A stretch of DNA of 64,000 nucleotides from Raja brachyura (taxonomy: Eukaryota): positions 45,074,001-45,138,000 of the forward strand of contig OY740791.1 of NCBI GenBank assembly GCA_963514005.1. The letters run 5' to 3'. The notes beneath the pieces are model-generated. The model made no database searches, was not told where the DNA came from, and was given only the letters and a program-made list of their open reading frames with translations. Below, piece after piece: positions 11,485 through 23,000 of this stretch; the first letter of the stretch is position 1; every line of letters starts with the position of its first letter. A program made the position numbers and the translations under genes.

Positions 11485-12954
11485 AAGATACCTATTTTTT
11501 GTCTCATTTAATTCTCTTACTCGCTGTTATTGAAAAATAACATCTTTCATAGTTCAGATAGAGGATCCAAGACCCGAAGCGTTGAATGTATTTCTTTCCT
11601 CGGATGATATCGGAATCGATGAGTGTTTTCGGCATTTTCAGTGTTTGTTGCACAGTTGACTGCTTGTCGTTCAATTGCTATATAGCGATAGTAGCATGCT
11701 TCTTGTTTGGTGGAAGGAATTATCCATAATCTCACCTGTCGTGTTTCGCGTTGATTTGGATTTTTTTCCAGATTTTATTACAATTATTCGGTTGATATTA
11801 GATGCTATTAGATTTGTTTTGCTAGGTTCGTGTGGTTCAGTCATGGCAAACTTTTGTTTGGTAATGGAATATAAAAGGTGAAACCCAGCGCTAACATGAG
11901 AATTACGTGCAATTGACATCCAGTTAACCAAGTGTGGCATCAGATATATTCAGAACATTTTCAACCAGTGGCGAACATGACCAATGCATTCCGTTTAATT
12001 CAAGAGGACGTAGATTCTATCCGCTACGTCACCAAAACGTGACCCATTTAAACTTTGACGGGGTCATGTATGACGTTGAACATTCACTGCAAACTCCATC
12101 AGCAGAAATGAAACTCAAATCGCCTAAAACATACATGTACTTTGGTCCACCTTGTTAACGTTCACTGAAAAGGCCATTTTACAAGGTAAGTGTAGTACCA
12201 AGAGATTAGTGTTAACTGGGGCTCATTTTAAATGAGAACAAATCTGCGGATCAGTTGGTAATTCAGTAATTTAGTTGCAAATTGCATTAACAAAATCAAT
12301 GAAAACCCCCCATAAAAACGAAACAGAGAATCTCAAGTTAAATACGAATCAAAAATTCACCTAATTTCCTGCGCAAAACCTCAAACCGACACCTATTTTC
12401 CATGCTTCCTACAATATCTGTCGGGGTCTGCTGTGTTATGTGCTTGTGAAGCTGCTGCGAGCACGATTTACATTGCAGTAGTGCTTCTGTTTGCCTATGC
12501 ATGCACGTGTCAATAAACCTGGCTTGACCTGGGCGTGACGATGTATTTCTGCAACAATCACTTTAAACAGGAAGTTGGTTCAACAATCGGCCAATTGAAA
12601 GTATTATATTCACGAACACCTTCTCCAAAATTTAATAAGTGGTAATGAAATTTCGTTACCAAAGAAGGGAAAATTATGTATTAGTTTCATGAATATGTAT
12701 TCTTACTACCCTGATGTGCGACTGTAAAGGTTCAAACATCCGTAAGCAAAGATTATATATCCGATATTGTATGTGGCATGATAGAAACAATGATGCCATC
12801 TATGTTTTCGTTATGGAATTCTGACTGAACAGACAGAACGGGATAACGTTCTGGGGATAACCCACTTTCGAAGTTAAATGTAAAGAAAAATTCCTTCTTC
12901 AAGATTCTTTTTAAAGATGGCGTTTTATAGTTTCACGCCATTAAATGTATAGAG

Positions 12955-13090
12955 CAGTACAGCTTTAAGAATTGTAGCTGCAGTTGTTGAAAAGGACTGG
13001 TCGTGTCGCTGTCTGCCAATGAGAAGCTCAAGTACAGAGCTGGATCCATTGTCCCTCCCACATCCCAGAATAAAAACGTCAGACGCGCGA
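12955..13090 (+). promoter_or_regulatory. cPcdh CSE promoter, gene 2
   Basis: AAAGGACTGGTCGTGTCGCTGTCTGCCAAT; CGCT at 13007-13010. Confidence 0.85.
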
Positions 13091-13256
13091 GAGAAGCGAA
13101 CATTGTCTGCGTTTAGATTGACGAAACAGGCACAGTTTTCCCGTCTGTTTCGATTCGGTACTGGGAATATATGTGAATATTCATTTCATGGTTTGAGCTT
13201 TTGCACTGATTACTCTCGGAGAGGCCCAGTGTTGGACTTTGACAGAGCGCGGAATA

Positions 13257-15644
13257 ATGGCGTACATACCGACGGTTGCCCTCATAGCATTTGCCTGCAT
13301 ATTTGCGCTATGTGCACCAGGTCCTATCTCCGGGCAAATTCGTTATTCTATTCCCGAGGAAATGGAGCAAGGGGCATTTGTTGGGAATATCGCTGCGGAT
13401 TTGGGCCTGAACATACGGCAATTGTCAGCTCGCAAATTCCGACTGAGCTCTGATGATGCAGAGCGGTACATGAAGGTCAGTTTGGACAATGGCATCATGT
13501 CTATCCGTGAAAAAATCGACCGGGAACGTATTTGTGGACAGAATGATAAATGTACTGTACATTTCGAAACAATATTGGAAAACCCGTTAGAGGTGTGTCA
13601 CGGGGAATTGGAGATTATTGATGTAAATGACAATGCCCCCACTTTCCCGCAGAGTAGTCTTGCCTTACAGATATCGGAAGCGAGTGCACCCGGTGTACGT
13701 TTCCGACTCGAGGGCGCAGATGATCCCGATACTGGTGCAAATACCGTGGCCGCCTACACAATCAGTTCCAGTGATCACTTTAGTCTAAGAACACAGAAAA
13801 CCGAAGACGGTATTATGATTGCCGAATTGCTGTTAGGGAAATCTTTGGACCGAGAACTGCAATCATCATTTCAACTCTTGCTTACGGCAACTGACGGTGG
13901 GACCCCTCAGAGATCAGCCACAGCTCAGATTCTCATTACTGTATTGGACAACAACGATAATCCACCTGTGTTCGATCACGATATTTACAGAGGCAGCGTA
14001 AGTGAGAACGCGTCGCGGGGTACGTTGGTGCTGAAAGTCAAAGCAAATGATTTGGACGAAGGACTGAATTCCGAGCTGACATATTATTTTAGTGATATTG
14101 CTTTGATAAGAGCGCGAAAATTATTTAGTTTAGACCCAGTTTCTGGGGAGCTTCGAGTCAAAGGGCCTCTCGATTTTGAACAAGTAAACAGCTATTCTCT
14201 GGATATTCGAGCCCAGGACCACGGTTCCCCTGCAATGACAGGACACTCCAATGTACTGATCAAGGTCATTGATGCGAATGACAATGCACCTGAGATAAAG
14301 GTAACATCACCTTGCAACAAAATCCAGGAAAATGCGCCACCAGGAAGTTTCATATGTCTGATTAATGTGATGGATCGTGATTCTGGAGCGAACGGTCAAG
14401 TACGTTGCGAGTTAAGACAAAAGAACGTCCCATTTCGACTGCAAAAGGTATCGAACAACTATAAATTAACCACGAGTGAAACATTGGACCGTGAAGCCAT
14501 CTCTGAGTATAACATTCTTATTTCAGCCTGCGACTTGGGGTCGCCGTCACTCTCATCAAATAAAACCATCCAGATTGCAATTTCGGACGTTAACGATAAC
14601 GAACCACAATTCGCAGAGTCGTCATACAACATATATATAATGGAGAATAACGCTCCGGGTGCGTCCGTTTACACAGTAACTGCAACAGATCCTGATCTGA
14701 ATCAACATTCCTATATTTCCTACTCCTTTCTCGATAACCATATCCAAAACATGCCAGTATCCACTTACCTCACTATAAATTCAATGAACGGTACCATTTA
14801 CGCACTGCGTTCCTTTGATTATGAGGAACTAAAACACTTCCAGATCCATGTACAGGCCCGTGACGCCGGGGTGCCTCCGTTGAGCAGCAGCGCGACGATG
14901 AATGTGATCATCCTAGATCAAAATGACAACGCGCCGGTAATAGTTTCACCTTCAGAACACAGTGGCTCAGCAGCAGTGGAGACCGTACCCCTTTCAGCGG
15001 GTGAAGGGCACTTGGTCAGCAAGATCATGGCAACTGATGCAGATTCTGGTCAGAACGCACGGCTCTTTTATCAGATAGTGAAATCTACCGTCCCCGGTTT
15101 GTACAACGTTGGACAACATTCCGGAGAAGTTAGAACAGGGCGCAATATTTTCCAGTCAGACACTGCTGTACAAACTCTAGTCATCTTGGTTAGGGACAAT
15201 GGGCAGCCAAGCCTGTCCAGCACAGTTACAATCAACATTAGAGTTTTGGAAAACAGCACTGAAGGAATCAGCGAAAGCAGTACCTTGGTGAAGACTCCAG
15301 AATATTTCTCTGATCCAAACGTTTATTTAATCGTCATTTTCAGTTGCACTTCCGTGGTCTTTCTTCTGATCATCGTTATGTTGATTGGTATCAAGTGCAA
15401 ACAGGACAGTAATATTATCCAAGAGTATAACACCCCCAGTTATTGTTACAATGGCGGGGTTTCGCACGACACGTTTAATGGAATATCTGCGATGGAGGAA
15501 ACATTACGCTATCCTGGGGCAGGCCGGGTAGTCCGAGGACCAGACCCGAATCAATACTCGGTGTGCCTGTCTCCGGAGTCAGCGAAGAGCGATTTTCTTT
15601 TCCTGAAGCCATGCGCTGCTCCCACCTCTCAAGACCAATGCTAA
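13257..15644 (+). CDS. Clustered protocadherin gene 2
   Basis: Intact ORF with the same 6-EC/TM/tail architecture; ends APTSQDQC*. AATAAA at 15806-15811. Confidence 0.95.
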   Translation: MAYIPTVALIAFACIFALCAPGPISGQIRYSIPEEMEQGAFVGNIAADLGLNIRQLSARKFRLSSDDAERYMKVSLDNGIMSIREKIDRERICGQNDKCTVHFETILENPLEVCHGELEIIDVNDNAPTFPQSSLALQISEASAPGVRFRLEGADDPDTGANTVAAYTISSSDHFSLRTQKTEDGIMIAELLLGKSLDRELQSSFQLLLTATDGGTPQRSATAQILITVLDNNDNPPVFDHDIYRGSVSENASRGTLVLKVKANDLDEGLNSELTYYFSDIALIRARKLFSLDPVSGELRVKGPLDFEQVNSYSLDIRAQDHGSPAMTGHSNVLIKVIDANDNAPEIKVTSPCNKIQENAPPGSFICLINVMDRDSGANGQVRCELRQKNVPFRLQKVSNNYKLTTSETLDREAISEYNILISACDLGSPSLSSNKTIQIAISDVNDNEPQFAESSYNIYIMENNAPGASVYTVTATDPDLNQHSYISYSFLDNHIQNMPVSTYLTINSMNGTIYALRSFDYEELKHFQIHVQARDAGVPPLSSSATMNVIILDQNDNAPVIVSPSEHSGSAAVETVPLSAGEGHLVSKIMATDADSGQNARLFYQIVKSTVPGLYNVGQHSGEVRTGRNIFQSDTAVQTLVILVRDNGQPSLSSTVTINIRVLENSTEGISESSTLVKTPEYFSDPNVYLIVIFSCTSVVFLLIIVMLIGIKCKQDSNIIQEYNTPSYCYNGGVSHDTFNGISAMEETLRYPGAGRVVRGPDPNQYSVCLSPESAKSDFLFLKPCAAPTSQDQC

Positions 15645-18600
15645 ATTACGTTGATACGTAGATTAAGGAATGCTAATTTTGTGTGCGGCCATTTTATTTC
15701 TGCTGAGGAATGTGAATCAGTGCGTGTGAAATATTTAAGGAAATGTTCCCTTATTGCATTTTTTCGCTTTTTTGTTTAAATTGGTGTAAAGTTGTAATTG
15801 GCAAAAATAAAATGTCCTGCAACTGGAATGAAAACAGTATGAAATTGCATATTTTAATTCTGAAGGCAGTATTTCTGCTTGTCACTGCAAACTGCACATA
15901 CGTGTTGCCATTTAGCCAATTACGTAAATGATCTGGGTACCTGGAGCTACTTACTTTTTTCTGGTGCATTGCACCGACATGTTCTTTAAGAATTGTCTAT
16001 AGTTTGTGGTACAAACAATATCTATAACAATAATCAACTGGGGGAGGAAATAATGACGCTCATATATTAGAACCTGAAGAGATTGCAGATGCTGAAATGT
16101 TGACCTCAACATGCTGGAGGAAATCAGAAAGTCAGGCAGCATCTGGGGAGATAAACTGGCAGAAGACGATTGGTATCAAACCCTTGGTGACGAGAGGAGA
16201 GGAAGGTTGTTGGTTGCAAATGGTCGATGGTAAGGCTTGGAGCAAATGATAGCAAGTGGTCGTTGGATCCAGGTGAGGATAGTAGTTTTTCCAGTTGATT
16301 CATGTGGGGGACGGCATAGGTTGAGTTGAACTGGTTGAACCTCTTTTCTTAGATGAAACGGAATGCCTGATATCATCCTGATGTGCAATGAAAATGCAAG
16401 ACGACATCGTTCGTGGTAAAAATCAGGATTGGGAAAACATTTGCAAGTTGTCATTTGGTGGGGAGCATGTGAGGTGAGACGAGAAACACTGAACATGCGG
16501 TTGTGCACATGTGGGGCAAAATAACATTTTATGTTGCGAAACGGGTAGTTTGGCAAACTGACAAAGAGTTAAAACACTTTAGTTTGGAAGTAACAGAACA
16601 GTCGTGGAAGGTATCAATGGAATAAATGTTTTATCTCTGAGAGGGAGAGGGAAACGAGCGAATGTAGTCGCAGGCGTAACCATGAGGCTCAGTTTATGCT
16701 TTTTGATACGTGTAACGTACTGCTAACACACCCAGCAATCTGGCAGGGATTTGTTCTCATTGTCTTCATAACGCCTCTCCTGGATGAAACAAGACCAGGG
16801 TTTCCCTGTATGTCATCTTCTACTAACTAGTTTTCAAGTATAATGCAATTCGAACATTTCGTCACTGAGCACATATATACTTCACTGTCTGATTAGCAGT
16901 TCAAATGTATCACTCCTTCGTGGATCCATATTCTGGTCTTCTGACCCGACCGACCACTTACCGTTCTTTAGCAGTTTTCCATGAGACCACAAAACGTTTA
17001 ACGTTCGTTTATTTTACAGATTCCCTTCCACCATACAGGACTGAAATCCTCACCGGCGAAGCAGTGATTTGCTTTCTCTTCTCCCTATACAATGTAAGTA
17101 TTGGTCTACCCTATGTGGTGAGACTGTATTTAACACACCGAGAGGATCAAGCCATTCTTTGCAGAGCACGTCTGTAGTAAAGAAACAGATTTCCCGGTTC
17201 CTTTTCAGTTTAATTCACAATTTCAGCATTAGCTGACGTTTTTGTCTCCAGGACTCCAGAACAAGGACTAAACAAAGGCGCGCGCTTGAAAAACAGCTCC
17301 CCATCTTCCATCTGTTAAAATGTCGGCTTAGTTCTTCATTCTATTTTGCATAGAGGTGTAGAACATAGAAACAGATCTGTCGGCACAACGCATCTACGCT
17401 GGACACCATGTTTATCTCAACGAATCTTTTACATACTTATCTGTTCCCGTCTTCACTACCTCCATTGACATCACAGTCGAGATGCTATGTTCTCTTTTTT
17501 TCTGAAATGATTAGCCCCCACCCCCGTTCAGCTTTAAAACTAATCTCTCTGATCTTATAATTATATCTTCTAGCTTTGGACGGTCCTATAATTGGAAATG
17601 GCTCTTGGCCATCTACTCTATCTCTTCCTCTCATGTTTTTATATCTCTCTCATAACACTCCTCAACTGTGTTGACTTCAGGGATTCCAGATCTTGACTAT
17701 ACAATCTCCCCTGATAACGTAAGCCTTCCTATCCGGGCAACGTTCTTGAGAGCCTGGCGTGCTCCTTCTATGGCTTGACTAAATCCTTCCTGTTCTGTAC
17801 TACACACAATAATTCACAACCTTCTTCACAACCCTGTGTACCAGTGTTCCAATTTTTAAAGAACACCTTTATTTTACCCATGGTCCGTTCAATACCATGA
17901 GCATGCCCATTTCCCTTATTATTAACCATGACCCACAGAAGCAAAACGCGTAATGTGCCCTAACAGCTGCTCCGAGTGCATGTATTTATTTGGTCTTCGC
18001 CTGTAAGAGATTCCTATTGTTCTGCTTTACCTCCCATCCTCACTCCTGCTGAAAAAAATAACATTTTAATTCCGTTGTAGTTCCGTTGTAGTTCTGGCAA
18101 AGGATCGCACACTTGAAGCGTTAATTGTATTTCTTCCATCAGATGATATCTGAGTCGATGAGTGTTTTCAGCATTTTCAGTTGTTATCACACATGGAATT
18201 TAATATTTCACTGATTACCATTAATTACCATTATTGTCAAGTAATGATCGCAGAATTGTTATTGTTTAGTAGAAGAAATATTTCCTAATCTCGCTTGCAG
18301 TTTTTCGTGTTGACTTGGATTTTTTTGTTGATGCAGATTTTATTACAAATACTGGGTTGATATTAATTTTATTACAGTTTGATTGTTGCTCGTTTCATGT
18401 GGTTCAGTTATTGTAAAACCTTTGTGCTGTTTTGTAAAGTACATAAAGTATTTCCCTCCTTTACACATTGGCAGCATCATGTGCAATATTGAACTTCCAC
18501 TGCAAACTGAGATGGCACAAATGAAACTCCAAATGTCTGAACATATTACAAGTACTTTTGCCCCCCTTGTCAATGTGATAATACTAAAGACGGCGAAGTA

Positions 18601-18699
18601 AAGTAGAAATTATATAGATCTGGAAAGAGCTGTGGAGTCCGTGTCATGGTTTGGGACTTTAACGATTGCATAAATTGATCTGAAACTCCGAATGGCGTT

Positions 18700-19595
18700 C
18701 ACTGAAAAGCAATTTTACTGCATACAACTGGCAACAAGATATTAGTGTTATCCAGGGATTTTTTATAAAGAACGATGATTTGTAGATCAATTGGTAATTG
18801 AGTCAGTCATTTGCATATTACGATAACGGAACTTTTGGAAAGTTTGGAAGATGAAAAGATGATTCACAAGGTGAATAAGAATTCAGAAATTCACAAAATT
18901 TACCGCGCAAAACCTCACGCCCTATTTTTTTATGTTTGCCACAATATCCGTCGGGGCCAGTGGCGTTATGTGCCTGTGAAATTTCTGCAAGCAAGATGCT
19001 TACACTGCAGCAGCGCCTCGCCTTCTCTGTACATATGTCAACAAACGGCTGCATTTGGACTTCACGATACCTTTCTCCAAGAATCAAGCTACAAGCAGGA
19101 ATTTGGTTCAACAATTGGTTAATCGAAAGCACTATGTTCACGAACACCTTCAATATCTGAAAGTGACAATAACATTCACAATGTTATGCCCTTTGATCGC
19201 TAAAGATGTAAACTTTGCTTGAAAAGTATTGTGTTACGAGGAGCATAATAATAAACATCACATATCAAAGAAGGACAACTATGTAGTCGTTGAATGAAAA
19301 TATGTTGTTACTACCCTTAGGCGCAACTGTAAGTAACCCAACATCTGTAAACGGAGACCATATTACCGATATGATACGCTGCATCACGGAAATATTGATG
19401 CCATACATTTCCTTGCTATTGCGTTCTGAGTGAAACGATTTATCGGTCTAAATCCCTTCTGAACGCGTCTGTTGTTCATTGCGAAGCTAAACGCTGCAAA
19501 CAAAAAGGAACCGTTGTTTTTGTCCAGTACTGTTTATGGGTGTACACCATTAAATATTAAGGAGAGCAGTACAGTTTTAAGAATTGTAGCTGCAG
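18700..19595 (+). pseudogene. Orphan upstream/promoter region of a deleted protocadherin unit
   Basis: Colinear with the upstream regions of genes 1/2 up to GGAGAGCAGTACAGTTTTAAGAATTGTAGCTGCAG (19561-19595). It then jumps to mid-spacer sequence; there is no CGCT box and no exon. Confidence 0.75.
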
Positions 19596-19719
19596 GTGAT
19601 TAACGTCCTATCCTCTACGACATAAATAACTTGCCCCATGCAAGCTTTGCCAGGATCGTGTACGATATTGTGGATCTCCAATGGCAGCAATGAAACTGCA
19701 AATGAACACATTACAGACA

Positions 19720-19758
19720 TTTTCGGTACGTTGGGCAACCTTACCAACGTACCGAAAA
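19720..19758. repeat. Perfect 15-bp inverted repeat with 9-nt loop
   Basis: TTTTCGGTACGTTGG-GCAACCTTA-CCAACGTACCGAAAA. Confidence 0.9.
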
Positions 19759-19924
19759 GGCCATTTTACACGGTAAACACGGCATCAAGAGATTACTGTT
19801 AACCAGAGCCTATTTTAAACGAGAAAAGATATGCAGATAAATGGGAAATTGCGTAATTGATTTGCAAATTGCAATAATGGAACCAATGGAAGGGAAAAAA
19901 AGGGAAAAGGAGATCAAAGTCTAA

Positions 19925-20098
19925 AAAAAAATCAAAATCGTTTATTGTCATGTGTCCCTGACAAGACAATGAAATTCTTTCTTTGCTTAGCACAACAGAA
20001 CATAGTAGGCATTGACTACAAAATAGATCAGTGTGTCCATATACCATTATATGCGTAAATACACACATGAATGAATAAATTGAGAAAGTGCAAATAAC
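19925..20098 (-). mobile_element. 3' UTR/tail of the Rex1/Babar LINE, separated from its body by a nested insertion
   Basis: Begins ...ATCAAAATCGTTTATTGTCATGTG (AATAAA plus short-repeat tail on the minus strand). It ends GTGCAAATAAC and plausibly continues at 24743 (AGATAAAGGGGTATTAATG) into the RT stop. Confidence 0.65.
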
Positions 20099-23000
20099 GG
20101 CCACCCACCCCCCCCCCCCCCTTGTGACATCACTCGAAGCGGATTGAAGGAGGCTTGCCATTTACAAAGTTGCTTTTTGCTATTTTTAAAACGCTATAAC
20201 TTGTGAAATATAGCAGGGAATGCGAAGATTGAAGTCGAGGGAGGAGGTATGAGAAAGGATTAGGCTCCAACAATCCAACAACTGCAACCAGCCACCGCTG
20301 CCGAGCAACCAGCCACCGCTGCCCGGAGAGAGACCGCCACCGTTGCCTCACCGCCTTGATACCCCACCTCACGCCTCCGTGGTGCCGATCCGGGCCCCAG
20401 ACGCGGGCGCCGTCGGCCGCTTCGTCCGACCCGGCTTCTGCCCGCGATAAAGGCCTCTGGCCGCTGTCCCGGTCGACAGGCTCCCGGCGTAGAACAGCAC
20501 CGCGAGTCAGTACCGCGAAAGCAGCAGCCCCCTCCGGTCAAAAACAACGGCGGTGATAAACTAAGGCCCGAAGACGGCAACTTGCTTTCACTGTCCACCC
20601 GTACCGTACACTTCGGCCACGACAGAGCCCGCGCTGACTGTCGCTGTCCACCTGGCTGCTCCGGCTTGGCCGTTACACAGGAACGACGTGACAACATTTA
20701 ACAGCATCACGGGAGGACGTTTATTATCCCCTCCCGTGTCTTATCGAGTTTTTATAATTTATCGCGATTTTCCTTCTTCTTTTAAAGTAGTAAAGCGGGA
20801 TTTTTAATCTTTTAAAATCTTTTATCGCGCAAGGAAATCTCTGTGCTAACAAACGACACCAATGTTATCGTTTCTTTTAAACTAGTAAAGCAGCGTTTTA
20901 TCCTGTCATTGAGCATTTCGTGGTACCAGCCGAGACCAATTTTGTGATCTTCGCTGGTAACTTACTGCTTTTAACTGTTTTTAACCTTGAAGATTTTCCT
21001 GCCACCCAGCCCAATTGCAATATATGCCATAGAATACTGTAACCTCGCTCGTGCCATATTGGATTTCTAAAATCAAAGATTGGATTAGTACCATGCTTGG
21101 ATCTGGAAGAATACGAAACACATCGACACCAGTGTTGTATTTGGTTCTGTTGATTGCCTTCTCCCAACTTGGATTGAGGATTTCCCATTAATGGGACCAT
21201 GGTCCATCAAAAATGAGTGTCCAGAAGACGAACTTAAATACGTTTCGTGGAAATGGGTCGAAACATTCAGCTACCCCCTTTCTAGGCTACCCTAGAGGTC
21301 GCCTACCTTTGTTCATTATTGTCAATTTACTGGCTGGGGACATCAACATCAACCCTGGCCCAAAAGGTCAACACCGTGTGCTCATTTGCTGTTAAAGATC
21401 CTGGCATTCAGTGCTCGATGTGCACAAGTTGGTTTCACCAGAACTGCTCCAATGTGTCAAATGATACTTTTGGTTTTCACTCCAAAAATCCAAATGCCAT
21501 CTGGGTATGCCCATTGTGCGATGTCATCAACCTTGCTAGCTCCTTTTTTGACTCGTCAAGCGACCTTACAAGTATGCTCAACTTGAGCAATTCATTTGAA
21601 AGTCTCACATCTCTGAGTGACGACCCGGATTGTGACGTATGGAATCATGAGAATTTAAGATCACCCAGCCCAATTTGTGCTGGCCACTTACCGAAAATAA
21701 CACCTAAAAAAACTGTTCCTGGCGGCCTTGTGGAACGACATTCAAAGCAACACCAACATCCAAAGCAGAGAAAAACCCTCTGCTGAAATGCGTGTAATGG
21801 TGGTGCTCAAATGGTGATTCATGGTACCAACAAGGATATTGATCGCAATGATGTCAACAATTAATATGGGATCAAAATCGCTGTTATAAATTTCCGCAGT
21901 ATAAGAAGAAAATGTGCTGTGATCAATTCATTTATTGAAACTGAAAACCCTGATATCGTTATCGGGTCTGAATCTTGGCTGGACCCATCAATCAAATCTG
22001 CTGAGATCTTCCCTCCTCACCTCCAAATTTTTAGAAAGGACAGAAACTCGCATGGAGGCGGTGTCTTCATTGCGAGTTAACAATACCATTTCTTGTTTTG
22101 AAAGAACAGACTTAGACAGCAACTCTGAGCAAATCTGGTGTCAAGATACACTCGAGGGTCAGTCGTTACAGATCGGAAGCTTTTACCGACCACCTGACGT
22201 GAAAACGGGGCCTCTTTTAGATCTTGGATCAAACATCTCCAAAATTAACGCCTCGTCACGCTCTCCACTTATCATCCTGGGGACGATTTCAATGTCCCAG
22301 GTGTAGATTGGTCTAATGGCACACAAAGCGAACCAAAAGAGGCTCGCCAGGAAGCCCTAGCTGACCTTACTCTGGAAAATCACCTGTCCCAAAAAGTCAC
22401 TTTCCCAACCAGGCGTGATGAGACAAGTGGCACCGAAAATACTTTAGATTTATTGTTCGCTTCGCACCCAGATTTAATTTCGGAAGTTTCATCGTGTGCT
22501 GGAATTAGCGATCATTATATTATTCAAGCAAAACTGCACACAAATTAAAATTCCTTCAAAAACATCGCGTCAAATTTCCCTCCGGAGAAAAGTGAACAGC
22601 GAGGAATTTAAAGTTTTAGCAAAAAAACTGGGAATAGATTTCTTCAACCTGCAACCAGATAAAAGATCTGTAAAAGACAACTGGGTGTGGCTGAGAAACT
22701 CTTTAAATAATATTGTTACTAATCATGTTCCTCAAAAACTCATTAAGGGGCGTATGCGTCCTCCTAGGTTTTCAGCAAAACGGAAACGTCTCTACAATAA
22801 GAAAGAGAAGTTTTATAACCGTGCCAAAAATAGGGGTACAAAATTGGACTGGGACAATTTTACTAGAGTGCGAAAGCAAGTCGACGGTGCTATTAGAGGT
22901 ACTCATAGACAACATGTTTCTTCTATTCTTGGGGGAGAGCAACCCAAGGCTTTTTGGAGATATGTGAAATCCAGACGGACAGACAACACTGGTGTCCAGA

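Noticed and set aside
13019-13453. Recurrent upstream ORF MRSSS..DPL..PHPRIKTS from the ATG in CCAATG
   Set aside because: A by-product of promoter conservation. Length and stop vary among copies and it probably starts upstream of the TSS.
13885-13910. Possible exonic CTCF site at the ATDGG codons of EC2, as in mammalian Pcdh-alpha
   Set aside because: ACTGACGGTGGGACC is a poor match by eye and is explained by coding constraint; it needs a motif scan or ChIP.
20260-20697. GC-rich ORFs and a short tandem GCAACCAGCCACCGCTGCC duplication
   Set aside because: Low-complexity 5' region of the LINE with no recognisable protein domain.
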